A DNA stretch of 64,000 nt, from contig CAZNNH010000009.1 of assembly GCA_964574335.1 (NCBI GenBank), positions 11,634 through 75,633 of the forward strand, read 5' to 3'. The stretch comes from an uncultured Acidobacteriota bacterium (GTDB lineage Bacteria; Acidobacteriota; Vicinamibacteria; Fen-336). The first letter of the stretch is position 1. Every line of letters starts with the position of its first letter. Position numbers and translations under genes: made by a program. Below, piece after piece: positions 9,817 through 19,935 of this stretch. The notes below the pieces were generated by a model. The model was not told where the DNA came from. It saw only the letters and a program-made list of their open reading frames with translations, and searched no databases.

Positions 9817-10701
9817 ATGTCCCGTGACGGAAGGGCACCGGTCATCGGGCTGGCCCTCGTGAGCCTCGTCCTCGTTGCAGCGAGCTCGCTCGGCGGGATC
9901 CTGCTGGATGACGGCGGCGATCCCTTCCGGGTCACGTTCTGTTGGGGACAGGATGTCGAGGTATACGGCGGTCACGGGCTGTATCGCCTCGACAGCATGG
10001 CCAAGGCCGTCGCCTTCCGCGGGTTCGACTGGGCGGGCCTGCTGATCTGCCTGCCGCTGTCCGTGCTGGGGATGCTCCTGTTCTCGCGCGGCTGGCTGAG
10101 AGGACGGCTGATCCTGGCGGCTGTCTTCACGTACCTCGCCTACAACTACCTGGTCGGGGTGATGGGCCACGCCTTCAACAGCATGTCCCTGCTCTGGACG
10201 GCGCTCTTCTCGACCGGCGTGCTCGGGGTGGCGGTCACGCTTCACCGGCTCGACACCGCGGCCCTCCCCGAGAAGCTGGCCACGGGCTTTCCCAGGAGGA
10301 GCCTCGCCGTCTACATGCTGGGGGTGGCGGTCGCGCTGCTTTCGCAGTACCTGGCTCAGGCCCTCACCGTGCACGACACCGGCCGGCTACCGGTGGCGCT
10401 GGAGAACGGCACCACGCTCGAGCTGGCCGCCCTCGAGCTGGGTCTGATGGCGCCGCTGCACGTCGTCGGAGGAGTGCTGCTGTGGCGGCGCCGGGCCTGG
10501 GGCTACGTGATGTCCATCATCCTCGTGTTCGCCGCGGCGATGACGCTCCTGCCGCTGACGGTTGGGCAGGTGTTGCAGCACGTGTCGTTCGGCGCCGACA
10601 ACGTCTGGGGCATCGCGCAGGTGAGCCTGCTCACGCTGGTCGCGTGCGCGCTGTCGTTCCTAGCCTGCCAGCGGGCCGAGACCTTGCCGCCAGGGGGGTG
10701 A
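9817..10701 (+). CDS. Polytopic membrane protein of unknown function
   Basis: Internal Met of ORF 9517..10701; ~7 predicted hydrophobic helices; no family motif recognised. Confidence 0.45.
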   Translation: MSRDGRAPVIGLALVSLVLVAASSLGGILLDDGGDPFRVTFCWGQDVEVYGGHGLYRLDSMAKAVAFRGFDWAGLLICLPLSVLGMLLFSRGWLRGRLILAAVFTYLAYNYLVGVMGHAFNSMSLLWTALFSTGVLGVAVTLHRLDTAALPEKLATGFPRRSLAVYMLGVAVALLSQYLAQALTVHDTGRLPVALENGTTLELAALELGLMAPLHVVGGVLLWRRRAWGYVMSIILVFAAAMTLLPLTVGQVLQHVSFGADNVWGIAQVSLLTLVACALSFLACQRAETLPPGG

Positions 10702-10844
10702 GGGTGAGGTCTGGAGTGGCCGGCGCGCATCGAGCGCCGTCGCAACGCGGCGAGGCCTTCCAGCCGGTCGTGTCGAGCCGAAGCTGCTGACCGTGAGATG
10801 ATGCTCCTGCCGTCCAGTGCCCCCGACCACCCGGAGATGTCGCC

Positions 10845-11129
10845 ATGAACGCCGCGACCTCGGTCCCGTCCACGGAGCTGGCGGTCCGCTTCGCTCTCAC
10901 CTTCCTGCTCGCCTTCGCCTTTGGCTACGCGCGCCAGCGCGGCCACAAGCCGATCGGGTTCGGCACCTTCAACTTCGTCGCCACCTGGCGCCGGCTCGAG
11001 TACCGCCTCGACCGGGAGACGGGCAACGTCGTCGGAGTCTTCGCGCTCCAGGGAAGCGGGGAGCGGCTGGAGGCGATGCTGGCGCGGCTGGGCCGGCTCG
11101 ACGGGTTGTCCGCGCTCGATCTGGTCTGA
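10845..11129 (+). CDS. Small membrane protein (weak MgtC/SapB N-terminal-like), hypothetical
   Basis: 94 aa, single hydrophobic helix LAVRFALTFLLAFAFGYARQRGHKPIGFGTF reminiscent of MgtC N-terminal ER...K.aGlRT motif; weak. Confidence 0.3.
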   Translation: MNAATSVPSTELAVRFALTFLLAFAFGYARQRGHKPIGFGTFNFVATWRRLEYRLDRETGNVVGVFALQGSGERLEAMLARLGRLDGLSALDLV

Positions 11130-11188
11130 GGCAGAACCCGAGGGCGGTCCATCGGGGCCATGCCGCGCTATCGGTTGGAGGTCATCAC

Positions 11189-11875
11189 ATGCCCCACGGG
11201 GAACGGCACCGAACCCAACGGATCGCCTGGCTTCGCGCTGCCGTTCTGGGCGCCAACGACGGCATCGTGTCAACGGCGAGCTTGCTGGTGGGCGTCGCCG
11301 CGGCGAGCGCGGCGCACGGCGAGGTGCTGGTGGCCGGGCTGGCCGGCCTGGTCGCGGGATCCATGTCGATGGCCGCTGGAGAGTACGTCTCGGTCAGCTC
11401 CCAGGCCGATACCGAGCGGGCGGATCTGGAGCGTGAGCGCCGGGAGCTAGCCGCCGACGGCCGGGCCGAGCACGCGGAGCTGGCTGCCATCTACGCGGCG
11501 CGCGGACTCGAGCCAGCGCTTGCCAGGCAAGTAGCAGAGCAGCTCATGGCGCACGACGCCCTCGGCGCACACGCCCGCGATGAGCTGGGCCTGTCCGACG
11601 TCACGGCGGCGCGTCCGCTGCAGGCGGCCCTCGCGTCCGCCGCGAGCTTCGCCCTCGGCGCTCTGCTGCCCCTTCTCGCCGCGGTCGCGGCCCCGCCCCG
11701 GCTGATGGTCCCGGTGGTCTCGGTCGGGTCCCTGGCCTGCCTGTCCCTGCTCGGGGGCCTGGCGGCGCAGGCCGGCGGCGCGCCGAGGGCCGCTGGCGCG
11801 CTGCGGGTCGCTATCTGGAGCGCCCTCGCGATGGGCGTCACGGCGCTGGTGGGGACGCTGGTCGGGCCGACCTGA
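11189..11875 (+). CDS. VIT1/CCC1 family iron/manganese transporter
   Basis: AVLGANDGIVSTASLLVGV and AGEYVSVSSQ motifs characteristic of VIT family; internal Met of ORF 10817..11875 chosen as start. Confidence 0.75.
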   Translation: MPHGERHRTQRIAWLRAAVLGANDGIVSTASLLVGVAAASAAHGEVLVAGLAGLVAGSMSMAAGEYVSVSSQADTERADLERERRELAADGRAEHAELAAIYAARGLEPALARQVAEQLMAHDALGAHARDELGLSDVTAARPLQAALASAASFALGALLPLLAAVAAPPRLMVPVVSVGSLACLSLLGGLAAQAGGAPRAAGALRVAIWSALAMGVTALVGTLVGPT

Positions 11876-11965
11876 TCTGAGCCGCCGACCGGCTTGGCTC
11901 TCCCAGTGCCGCACGTCGCGAAGGATCGATCAGTGCGGCCGTCCGTGCCTCGCCGGAGCCCCCGT

Positions 11966-12520
11966 CTACAGCGGGTAGACGCTCACGCGGGCCGCGGCGG
12001 GCTCCACCAGGGACCGGGCCTCCGCGATCGCCGGCGACGAACCGGAGCTGATCAGCAGGAACTCGTCGTTGCGTACGGCGCTCTCGAGCTCGAGCATGTC
12101 CTCCGCGGCGACGCCGTTGGCCACGAGGGCCGCCCCCAAGGGGCTGAGACCGTGGACCATCTCGCCCGTCTTCAGCGTCCCCACCAGCCAGCCCACCACT
12201 GGACCCGCCATCAGCAGCGGACCGACGCCGGGGATGAAGAAGAAGCCCTTGCCGGTGAGGGCCGCCCACACGCCGCTCCAGAAGGCGCCGAAGCTGCCCC
12301 AGGCCTCGAAGCGGCGGCCGGCGGAGTAGTAGCCGTAGACGTTCTCCTCGGTGTGGGAGTCCGCGCCCACCACGGACACCTGCCGAAGATCGAGATGCGC
12401 GCGCGCCATCCTGTCGAGGGCCTTCTGCACATCGAGGTGACCGCGGTAGACCGCCACCAGGATGCCGCGAGCCGAACCGTCGCCGGGACTCCGGCGGTCG
12501 GGGCTTCGGATTGGCGCCAT
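11966..12520 (-). CDS. DUF1269-like membrane protein (general-stress-type), hypothetical
   Basis: Start ATG 12520 preceded by GGGGAGGAG RBS; Gly-rich TM region FWSGVWAALTGKGFFFIPGVGPLLMAGPVVGWLVG followed by soluble tail; pattern resembles DUF1269. Confidence 0.45.
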   Translation of the reverse strand: MAPIRSPDRRSPGDGSARGILVAVYRGHLDVQKALDRMARAHLDLRQVSVVGADSHTEENVYGYYSAGRRFEAWGSFGAFWSGVWAALTGKGFFFIPGVGPLLMAGPVVGWLVGTLKTGEMVHGLSPLGAALVANGVAAEDMLELESAVRNDEFLLISSGSSPAIAEARSLVEPAAARVSVYPL

Positions 12521-12685
12521 GGCTCCTCCCCTCGTGGCACCGGGTCGCAGCGCAGGTGCCGGACGCGCCTCCATCGTACAGCAGAAGCCCTCATCGGAAG
12601 AGGCGCCGACAGCGCTTCACCGCGTCCGCGGGCGTTGCCGCCGGGGGACCAAACAACGGAACCGCCATTCCCTGCACGGTCCGGC

Positions 12686-14248
12686 TCAGTGCATCGCCGC
12701 TGGCCCACGTCCCGTCCGCGGCATCCTCAGCATGAGGAGCAGGGGCAGCAGGCAGGCGAAAAGCAGCCCCATCAGCCGAAACGCGTCCATGAACGACAGC
12801 ATGGCCGCCTGACGTTGGACCAGGCCGAAGACGGCGGCCCGGGCTTGCTCGCCGGCGGTCGTGAGATCGGACCCGCTGGCCAGGAACCCGGCGCGGAGCT
12901 GCTCGAGCAGCGCCCGCGCCTCGGGGTTGTAGACGTCGACGTGCGCACCGAGGATGTTCGTGTGGACCTGTTGCTGCCGGGCCAGGACGGTGGTGGCCAC
13001 CGCGATGCCGAGGCTGCCGCCGATGTTGCGCATCAGGTTGAAGATGCTGGTCGCGTTGCCCATCGACTCGCGCGGGATGGGGTCCATGGTGATCGTGGTG
13101 AGAGGGACGAAGAGCAGGGCGAGCGAGATGCCCTGCATGAACTGCGGCCAGAAGACGTCCCAGTAGCCGGCGCTGAGATTCAGCGAGCCGAGCCAGAACA
13201 GCGTCAGCGAGCCTCCGATGACCCCCAGGGCGAGGAGCCGGCGGGCGTCGAAACGGCCCAGGGCCATGCCCACCAGAGGCATGGCGAGAAAGGAGCCCAT
13301 GCCCCGCGGGGCGAGCGCGATCCCGGCCTGTAGCGATGGGTAGCCGAGCAGGGTCTGGAGGAAGATGGGCACCAGCACCATGCTGCCGTAGAGGGCGAAG
13401 CCCACCATCGTGATCAGGAAGACGCCCGTCGCGTAGGTGCGAAGGCGGAAGACGCGCAGGTCCACGACCGGTTGATCGACTCGCAGCTCGTGCGCGAGGA
13501 AGGCGGCCAGGGCGACGGCGGACACCACCGCGAGAGCCGTCATCGGGCGCGAGGCGAACCAGTCGTCCTCCTGGCCCTTGTCGAGGAAGATCTGCAGCGC
13601 GCCGATGCCCAGGGCGAGCAGGCCGATCCCTGTCCAGTCGACGCGCTCCCCGCGCCTCCCGAAGTAGGCAGGGTCGAAGACGAACGTCTTCATCATCGCC
13701 AGCGCCACGATGCCGACCGGCAGGTTGATGTAGAAGACCCAGCGCCAGCTGTAGCTGTCGGTCAGCCAGCCCCCGAGCACCGGGCCGAAGATGGGCGCCA
13801 CCACGATGCCGAGGCCCCAGAAGGCCATCGCCTTGCCGCGCTGCTCGGGGGGAAAGGCCTCGAGCAGGACCGCCTGCGACAGCGGCTGCAGGGCCCCGCC
13901 GGCGGTGCCCTGGATCACCCGGAAGATGACGAGAAAGGGGAGGCTCGGCGCGAGCCCACAAAGCAGCGACGCGAGGGTGAAGCCGCTCACCGAGAGCATC
14001 AGCAGCCGCTTGCGTCCGAAGCGGTGCGAGAGCCAGCCGGCCAGCGGCAGGACGATGGCGTTTGCCACCAGGTACGACGTGAGCGCCCAGGTGGACTCGT
14101 CGATGGTGGCCGAGAGGTCGCCCGCGATGTGCGGGAGCGAGACGTTCACGACCGTCGTGTCCAGCACCTCCATGAAGGTGGCGGACATCACCGCCACCGC
14201 CACGATCCATGGGTTGATCACCGGGCGAACGACGTCGTCGCCGGTCAC
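12686..14248 (-). CDS. emrB: MFS transporter, DHA2 (EmrB/QacA) drug-efflux family, 14 TM
   Basis: FMEVLDTTVVNVSLPHIAGDL, GWLSHRFGRKR, VIQGTAGGAL motifs; GTG start 14248 forms GTGA overlap with upstream gene stop; ORF frame extends to 14563 but the N-terminal part is Arg/Pro-rich non-protein-like. Confidence 0.8.
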   Translation of the reverse strand: MTGDDVVRPVINPWIVAVAVMSATFMEVLDTTVVNVSLPHIAGDLSATIDESTWALTSYLVANAIVLPLAGWLSHRFGRKRLLMLSVSGFTLASLLCGLAPSLPFLVIFRVIQGTAGGALQPLSQAVLLEAFPPEQRGKAMAFWGLGIVVAPIFGPVLGGWLTDSYSWRWVFYINLPVGIVALAMMKTFVFDPAYFGRRGERVDWTGIGLLALGIGALQIFLDKGQEDDWFASRPMTALAVVSAVALAAFLAHELRVDQPVVDLRVFRLRTYATGVFLITMVGFALYGSMVLVPIFLQTLLGYPSLQAGIALAPRGMGSFLAMPLVGMALGRFDARRLLALGVIGGSLTLFWLGSLNLSAGYWDVFWPQFMQGISLALLFVPLTTITMDPIPRESMGNATSIFNLMRNIGGSLGIAVATTVLARQQQVHTNILGAHVDVYNPEARALLEQLRAGFLASGSDLTTAGEQARAAVFGLVQRQAAMLSFMDAFRLMGLLFACLLPLLLMLRMPRTGRGPAAMH

Positions 14249-14892
14249 GCTGGACAGGCCGGGCCCAGCGTACCCGTCTCGAGGGCGGCCAGGATGGCGG
14301 ACACGGCCGCCTCCTCGCCGAGTGCGGCGTTGATCATCAGGTGGTAGAGGTGGGGATCGAGCCGGTTCTCGCCGAAGTGGCGACGGATGTAGGCCGTACG
14401 TTCGCGGTCGGTCTCCTCGAAGGCCAGCTCGACGTCGGCCCCTGGCCCGAGCCGGGACCGGAGGCGTTGCAGGCACGCGGCTCGCGGGGCGCAGACGAAC
14501 ACGTGGAAGACGTCGGGCCGGCCGCGCAGCAGGCACTGGCCGCCCCGGCCGACGATGACGCACTCGCCCGCCGCCGCCGCCGCCTCGACGATCCGTCCTC
14601 CGAGGGCGGCCACGCGGTCGGAGTCCACCACGTCGTTCTCATGGACGACCGCGACCGCTTCGAAGCCGCCGTACCAGAGGGCCCGACCGATACGCCGCAC
14701 CCACGGGTCGACGCGCTCGTCGAGCCTGGCGGCGACATCGTGGTGGACCCGCGCCTCCTCCGCGATGCGCTCGACCAGCCCGCGGTCAAGCAGTTGGTAG
14801 CCGAGGCGCTCGGCAAGCCGGCCCGCGATCGCCGCCCCCCCGCTGCCGTACTCGCGGGCCACGGTGACGACGCGGAAGCGCGAGGTGCTCAT
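14245..14892 (-). CDS. Cytidylate kinase-like (AAA/P-loop NMP-kinase fold) family protein embedded in efflux operon
   Basis: MSTSRFRVVTVAREYGSGGAAIAGRLAERLGYQLLDRGLV matches cytidylate kinase-like family N-terminus; ATGA overlap with upstream emrA stop and GTGA overlap with downstream emrB start. Confidence 0.6.
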   Translation of the reverse strand: MSTSRFRVVTVAREYGSGGAAIAGRLAERLGYQLLDRGLVERIAEEARVHHDVAARLDERVDPWVRRIGRALWYGGFEAVAVVHENDVVDSDRVAALGGRIVEAAAAAGECVIVGRGGQCLLRGRPDVFHVFVCAPRAACLQRLRSRLGPGADVELAFEETDRERTAYIRRHFGENRLDPHLYHLMINAALGEEAAVSAILAALETGTLGPACPA

Positions 14893-16076
14893 CGCGTGAA
14901 GACGGTGGGGACGACGGACAGACCCGGGCGCAGGAGGTGCGCGGGATCCTGCCCTGGCTCCAGGGCGATCTTCACGGAGATCCGCTGCACCACCTTCACG
15001 TAGTTGCCGGCGGCGTTCTCGGGGGGCAGCAGGCTGAACCGGGAGCCGGTGGCGGCGGCGATGCTGTCCACCCGGCCCCGGTAGGTGCGGCGGTAGGCGT
15101 CCACCGAGACCTCGACGGGCTGGCCGGGGCGGATCGACTTGAGCTGGCTCTCCTTGAAGTTGGCGGTCACCCACACCTCGTCGAGGGGGACGATCGCGAG
15201 CAACGGCTGGCCAGGCTGGACCACCTGCCCCACCTCGACCGTCTTGCGGCTCACCACGCCGCTGACCAGCGCCTTCACCTCGGTGTAGGAGAGGTTCAGC
15301 TTCGCCTGCTCGAGGGCGGCCTTGGCCATCTCGACCTTGGCTGCGGCCGAGGCCGCGCGGGCGGAGACGATCTCGACCTGCTGGCGGCTGGTGCCGGCCT
15401 GGGCGAGCCGCGCCCGCGCCGCCTCGACCGCCTGCTCCGCCCCGTGCACCCCGGCTTCGGCCGCCTGGCGAGAGGCGCGCGCCGAGTCGGCGGCGGTCGA
15501 GACGGCGTCGAAGTGCTGCTTCGAGATCTCGTCCTTGGCCAGCAGGGGCCGGAAACGCTTGAGGTCGCCCACCGTTTGCCGCTCCCGGGCCTGGGCGTCG
15601 CGCAGGTCGGCCCGGGCGGCGGCGAGCCGCGCCTGCGCACCGGCGAGGTCGCTGTCGGCGGCGGTCTCCTGCGAGGTGGCGGTGGTGGAGGTGAGGGGCA
15701 CCGTGGTGTGCGCTGCCCGCTCGCTGGCCAGGTTCTCCTCCAGATCGGCCTGGGCCCGGGCCAGCGCCACCTCGTAGTCGCGGGGGTCGATCCGGACCAG
15801 CAGCGTGCCCTTCTCCACCTGCTGGTTGTCGGCGACCAGGACGGACAGGACCGTCCCCCCGACGCGGGCCGCCACCGGGTTCACGTGCCCGTCGATCTGG
15901 GCGTCGTCGGTCGACTCCCGGCCGGAGAAGTGCCAGAAGGCCAGCAGCCCAGCCAGCAGGACGGCGAGGGCGGCGAGAACCACGACGGCGCGGGCCTGGC
16001 CGCTCCGGCGCAGCCGTACGCGCAGGCCGGGTCGCGGCGGGCCGGGCTCTGGTGCGGGGGGCAGGCTCTCGGCCAT
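14889..16076 (-). CDS. emrA: HlyD family secretion protein / EmrA-type periplasmic adaptor
   Basis: N-terminal TM anchor, DDAQIDGHVNPVAARVGGTVLSVLVADNQQVEKGTLLVRIDPRDYEVAL, long coiled-coil, C-terminal beta-barrel; heads emrA-CK-like-emrB operon. Confidence 0.8.
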   Translation of the reverse strand: MAESLPPAPEPGPPRPGLRVRLRRSGQARAVVVLAALAVLLAGLLAFWHFSGRESTDDAQIDGHVNPVAARVGGTVLSVLVADNQQVEKGTLLVRIDPRDYEVALARAQADLEENLASERAAHTTVPLTSTTATSQETAADSDLAGAQARLAAARADLRDAQARERQTVGDLKRFRPLLAKDEISKQHFDAVSTAADSARASRQAAEAGVHGAEQAVEAARARLAQAGTSRQQVEIVSARAASAAAKVEMAKAALEQAKLNLSYTEVKALVSGVVSRKTVEVGQVVQPGQPLLAIVPLDEVWVTANFKESQLKSIRPGQPVEVSVDAYRRTYRGRVDSIAAATGSRFSLLPPENAAGNYVKVVQRISVKIALEPGQDPAHLLRPGLSVVPTVFTR

Positions 16077-16331
16077 CTACCGTCCTTTCAGGAGCTCCGG
16101 GTGGCTCGTCAGCAGGACCAGCGCAGCAAAGGAGCGGGCTCCGACGGGGTCAGAAGCGTGCATGGGAAGACCGAAGAACCACTCCTGCTGGAACGATAGC
16201 ACGACACCGATGGTAGCCTTCTCCCGGGTCCAACGAGGCCCGCCTTGGCGGCGCGACCACGGATCCCCAGCGGCGGCGCTCTGGACCGCTCGCCGTGTCC
16301 TCGTCCGTGTGTCGGACCATTGGAGGCAGTC

Positions 16332-16814
16332 ATGACCAGACACGTATCTCCGTTTCACCTCAGCACCCAACACCTGCACGGGGCCTTCGGATCGGATACC
16401 TTCGGCCGCGGGGCGGAGACCTTCGCCCGCTGGTTCGGCACGCCCACCTTTCTCATCATGCAGACCGTCATCGTGCTGATATGGATCGTGCTCAATGGGC
16501 TGGCGGCCACGCTCCGCTGGGATCCTTACCCGTTCATCCTGCTCAATCTGGCGTTCTCGCTGCAGGCGGCCTATGCCGCCCCCCTCATCCTGCTTGCGCA
16601 GGCACGTCAGGCCGATCGGGACAAGGCGCTCAGCGAGGCGGACGCCAGCCATCGGGAGGCGCTTGCCACGGCCGCCGTCGAGCGCCAGGAGATCGCGCTC
16701 CAGCAGACGCAGCGCCTCGAAGAGCTGCTGGCGGCCAACACCGCCCTCACCGAGGAGGTGCGGAAGCTGACCCGCCAGATCCACGAGCGGGTCGTGCCGG
16801 CCGCCCCGGCCTAG
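16332..16814 (+). CDS. DUF1003 domain-containing membrane protein
   Basis: GGAGG RBS 7 nt upstream of ATG 16332; two TM helices plus C-terminal coiled coil, pattern typical of DUF1003. Confidence 0.55.
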   Translation: MTRHVSPFHLSTQHLHGAFGSDTFGRGAETFARWFGTPTFLIMQTVIVLIWIVLNGLAATLRWDPYPFILLNLAFSLQAAYAAPLILLAQARQADRDKALSEADASHREALATAAVERQEIALQQTQRLEELLAANTALTEEVRKLTRQIHERVVPAAPA

Positions 16815-16990
16815 GGTCGGAACGTCATGCTAGACCCGCTTCCGGTGGACACTGAGCGACAGGACATCGACGCGGCCCGCGCCTTCTGCGACCGCGTCAG
16901 CCGCGTCTACAATGGTCTCGCCCACGCCAGCGAGCACGAGAGCTGCCGGCGCGGCCTGGAGCTCCTGGCGGAGCCTCGGGAAGCACGCCC

Positions 16991-17455
16991 ATGAGCACTC
17001 GCCGAACCGCGGCGGCCGGGCTCCGAACCGTGGCCGCCCTCGAGGCCACCAAGGGAGCCCTGGTGATGGTGGCCGGGCTTGGCCTTCTATCCCTCGTCCA
17101 CCACGACGTCCAGCGAGCGGCGGAGTCGGTCGTCCGCCATCTCCACTTGAACCCCGCGCGGGAGTACCCGCGGGTGTTCATCGAGGCGGCGACGCGGGTG
17201 ACCGACGCGCGGCTGTGGTGGCTCGCCTCGGGAGCCTTCGCCTACGCGGCGGCTCGGGGCATCGAGGCCTACGGCCTGTGGCGGGCGCGTGCCTGGGCCG
17301 AGTGGTTTGCGATCCTTTCCGGCGCCATCTACCTGCCGATCGAGGTCTTCGAGCTCATCCACCGCGCGACCGCGCTGAAGGCGGCCATCCTCCTCATCAA
17401 CACGGGGATCTTGGGTTATCTCGGCTACCTCCGGCTGGTCAGACGGTCGGAGTAG
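16991..17455 (+). CDS. DUF2127 domain-containing membrane protein
   Basis: 154 aa, four hydrophobic helices, EAYGLWRARAWAEWFAILSGAIYLPIEVFEL motif typical of DUF2127. Confidence 0.5.
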   Translation: MSTRRTAAAGLRTVAALEATKGALVMVAGLGLLSLVHHDVQRAAESVVRHLHLNPAREYPRVFIEAATRVTDARLWWLASGAFAYAAARGIEAYGLWRARAWAEWFAILSGAIYLPIEVFELIHRATALKAAILLINTGILGYLGYLRLVRRSE

Positions 17456-17506
17456 GCCTTCCATGCCCGCGCTTCCCTCCACGAGGGGCGATGGGGCCAG
17501 GCGGTG

Positions 17507-18904
17507 TCACTGGGGCCCGTCCTTGGGCTTGGGGTTGTGCCAGCCGCCGTCCGCCGCGATCAGCGCGTCGGCCTCCTTCGGGCCCCAGCTCCCGCGCCTG
17601 TAGGGACGGACCCGGTGGTGGGCCTTCAGGACCCGGTCGACCACCGCCCAGGCAGCCTCGACCGCGTCCTCACGGGTGAAGAGCGCTCCGTTGCCCGCCA
17701 TGGCGTCTTCCAGGAGTCGCTCGTAAGGCGCTTCCTCTCCCGGCTGCTCCTTGAGCAGGTAGAGCTCGCGCTGGTCGCCGACGAACTCCTTGCCAACGCG
17801 TTTGACGCGAGCGGCGAGGGCGACGGCGGAGCTGGGGGAGAGCCGGAAGCGCAGGTAGTTGGCTCGTCCGGCCGCCGGCTGCGAGTCGGCGAACAGCCTC
17901 TGCGGCGGCGGTTTCAGCTCCACCAGGACCTCGGTTGCGGTGTCGCTCAGGAACTTGCCGGAGCGCAGGTACCAGGGGACTCCTTGCCAGCGCCACGAGT
18001 CGATGAAGAGCCTGAGGGCGCAGAAGGTCTCCACATCCGATCGCTTCGCCACGTTGGGTTCGCTCCGGTAGCCCGCGTACTGGCCGCGCACCAGGTCGTC
18101 GCTTCTCAGGGGTCGCATCGCCTGGAAGACCTTGGCCTTCTCGGTGTGCACGGCGCCAAAGCTCCTGTAGGCGGGCGGCTCCATGGCCAGCAGCGCGACG
18201 ATCTGGAAGAGATGGTTCTGGATCACGTCGCGCAGGCAGCCGGCCGTCTCGTAGAAGGCACCGCGGCTCCCCACGCCGAAGTCCTCGGACAGGGTGATCT
18301 GGACGCTGGCCACGCAGTTGCGGTTCCAGATCGGCTCCAGGAAGGAGTTGGCGAAGCGGAAATAGAGGACGTTCATGATCGCCTCCTTCCCGAGGAAGTG
18401 GTCGATGCGGAAGATCGAGGCCTCCGGAAAGACCGCCCGAGCAACGCGGTTGAGCTCCCGCGCGGAGGCCAGGTCGCGTCCGAACGGCTTCTCGACGATG
18501 ACGCGTGCACCGTCCGCCAGGCCGGCGTCCCCGAGCCCCCGGATCACCGTGGCGAAGAGCGAGGGCGGGATAGCCAGGTAGTACGCGGGTCGCCGGGCTC
18601 CGGCCAGCGCCTTCTTGATCTCGGTGAACGTGCCAGGTTCCTGGTAGTTCCCGCTCACGTAGCGGAGCGAGGCGAGGAGACGGTCGAGGGCGCGCGGGTT
18701 GTCGATCCCCCCCGATCGCTTCAGGCTGTCCTTGGCGCGCCGGCGCAGACGCGCCAGACTCCAGTTCGGGAGGGCGACGCCGATGACCGGGACCTCGAGG
18801 GCGCCCCGTTTCGCCATCGCGTAGAGGGCCGGGAAGATCATCTTGTGGGCGAGATCGCCGGTCACGCCGAACACCACCAGCGCGTCTGAACGGGTGGCGG
18901 CCAT
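17507..18904 (-). CDS. zwf: Glucose-6-phosphate 1-dehydrogenase
   Basis: ALVVFGVTGDLAHKMIFPALYAM NADP-binding N-terminus and active-site RIDHFLGKE motif. Confidence 0.9.
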   Translation of the reverse strand: MAATRSDALVVFGVTGDLAHKMIFPALYAMAKRGALEVPVIGVALPNWSLARLRRRAKDSLKRSGGIDNPRALDRLLASLRYVSGNYQEPGTFTEIKKALAGARRPAYYLAIPPSLFATVIRGLGDAGLADGARVIVEKPFGRDLASARELNRVARAVFPEASIFRIDHFLGKEAIMNVLYFRFANSFLEPIWNRNCVASVQITLSEDFGVGSRGAFYETAGCLRDVIQNHLFQIVALLAMEPPAYRSFGAVHTEKAKVFQAMRPLRSDDLVRGQYAGYRSEPNVAKRSDVETFCALRLFIDSWRWQGVPWYLRSGKFLSDTATEVLVELKPPPQRLFADSQPAAGRANYLRFRLSPSSAVALAARVKRVGKEFVGDQRELYLLKEQPGEEAPYERLLEDAMAGNGALFTREDAVEAAWAVVDRVLKAHHRVRPYRRGSWGPKEADALIAADGGWHNPKPKDGPQ

Positions 18905-19935
18905 CAGGCGCCTCGTCTCGTAGGAGCATCCTTCTCTGCGTGTCCGCCGAACTCGTAGCGCAACGCGGACAACATCTTGTCGGCGAAGTCGGCCTCTCCG
19001 CGCGAGCCGAAGCGTTCGTACAGCGCCGCGCTGAGGACGGGCGCCGGAACCGCCTCGTCGATGGCTGCCTGGATCGTCCAGCGCCCCTCACCGGAGTCCG
19101 AGACCCGGCCGGCGAACCTCGCCAGGTCGGGGCTCTCGAGAAGCGCCCGGGCGGCCAGATCCAGCAGCCACGAAGCGATCACGCTGCCGCGGCGCCAGAC
19201 CTCGGCGATATCCGCCAGGTTCAGGTCGAAGGCGTAGTGCTCGGGGTGCCGCAGCGGCGTGGTTTCGGCATCGACGGAGCGCTGGCGCGTGCCGACGTTG
19301 GCATGGTGGAGGACGTTCAGCCCCTCCGCGTAGGCGGCCATCACCCCGTACTCGATGCCGTTGTGGACCATCTTGACGAAGTGACCGGCGCCGCTTGGCC
19401 CGCAGCGCAGGTAGCCACGCTCCGCGGTGCCGGGGGCGTTCTCACGTCCCGGCGTGCGCGGCGCCGACTCGAAACTGGGGGCGAGGGCGGCGAAGATCGG
19501 CTCGAGCCGCCGGACCGTCTGCTCGTCCCCCCCGATCATCTGGCAGTATCCTCGCTCCAGGCCCCAGACTCCGCCGCTGGTCCCGACGTCCAGGTAGTGG
19601 ATGCCGAGCGGTTCCAGCTCGGCCGAGCGTCGAATGTCGTCTTGGTAGTAGGAGTTGCCGCCGTCGATCACCGCGTCGCCACTCGCCAGGAGCGGAACCA
19701 GCGTGCGCAGCGTGGGATCGACCACGGCCACCGGCAGCATCATCCACAGGGCGCGGGGCCGGGTCAGCCTGTCGACCAGGTCCTCGGGTGACGTCGCGCC
19801 GACCGCGCCCTCCGCGACCAGTGCCGCAACGGCTTGCGGATCGAGGTCGTGCACCACGCACCGATGACCGGCTCGGAGTAGGCGCCGCACCATGTTGGCG
19901 CCCATCCGCCCCAGTCCGATCATGCCGAGCTCCAT
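18904..19935 (-). CDS. gnd: 6-phosphogluconate dehydrogenase, decarboxylating (short ~340-aa form)
   Basis: [20 protein letters not shown] Rossmann motif, [15 protein letters not shown]; stop overlaps zwf start by 1 nt. Confidence 0.85.
   Translation of the reverse strand: MELGMIGLGRMGANMVRRLLRAGHRCVVHDLDPQAVAALVAEGAVGATSPEDLVDRLTRPRALWMMLPVAVVDPTLRTLVPLLASGDAVIDGGNSYYQDDIRRSAELEPLGIHYLDVGTSGGVWGLERGYCQMIGGDEQTVRRLEPIFAALAPSFESAPRTPGRENAPGTAERGYLRCGPSGAGHFVKMVHNGIEYGVMAAYAEGLNVLHHANVGTRQRSVDAETTPLRHPEHYAFDLNLADIAEVWRRGSVIASWLLDLAARALLESPDLARFAGRVSDSGEGRWTIQAAIDEAVPAPVLSAALYERFGSRGEADFADKMLSALRYEFGGHAEKDAPTRRGA

Noticed and set aside
8343-9935. 530-aa minus-strand ORF antisense to ackA
   Set aside because: Gly/Arg/Pro-rich low-complexity translation fully overlapping the well-supported acetate kinase gene; GC-driven spurious ORF.
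12591-14210. 539-aa minus-strand ORF in alternate frame of emrB region and + strand ORF 13472..14347
   Set aside because: Non-protein-like composition; emrB frame has canonical MFS motifs.
17670-19091. 473-aa minus-strand ORF overlapping zwf/gnd in another frame
   Set aside because: Low-complexity Arg/Pro-rich; zwf and gnd frames carry diagnostic motifs.
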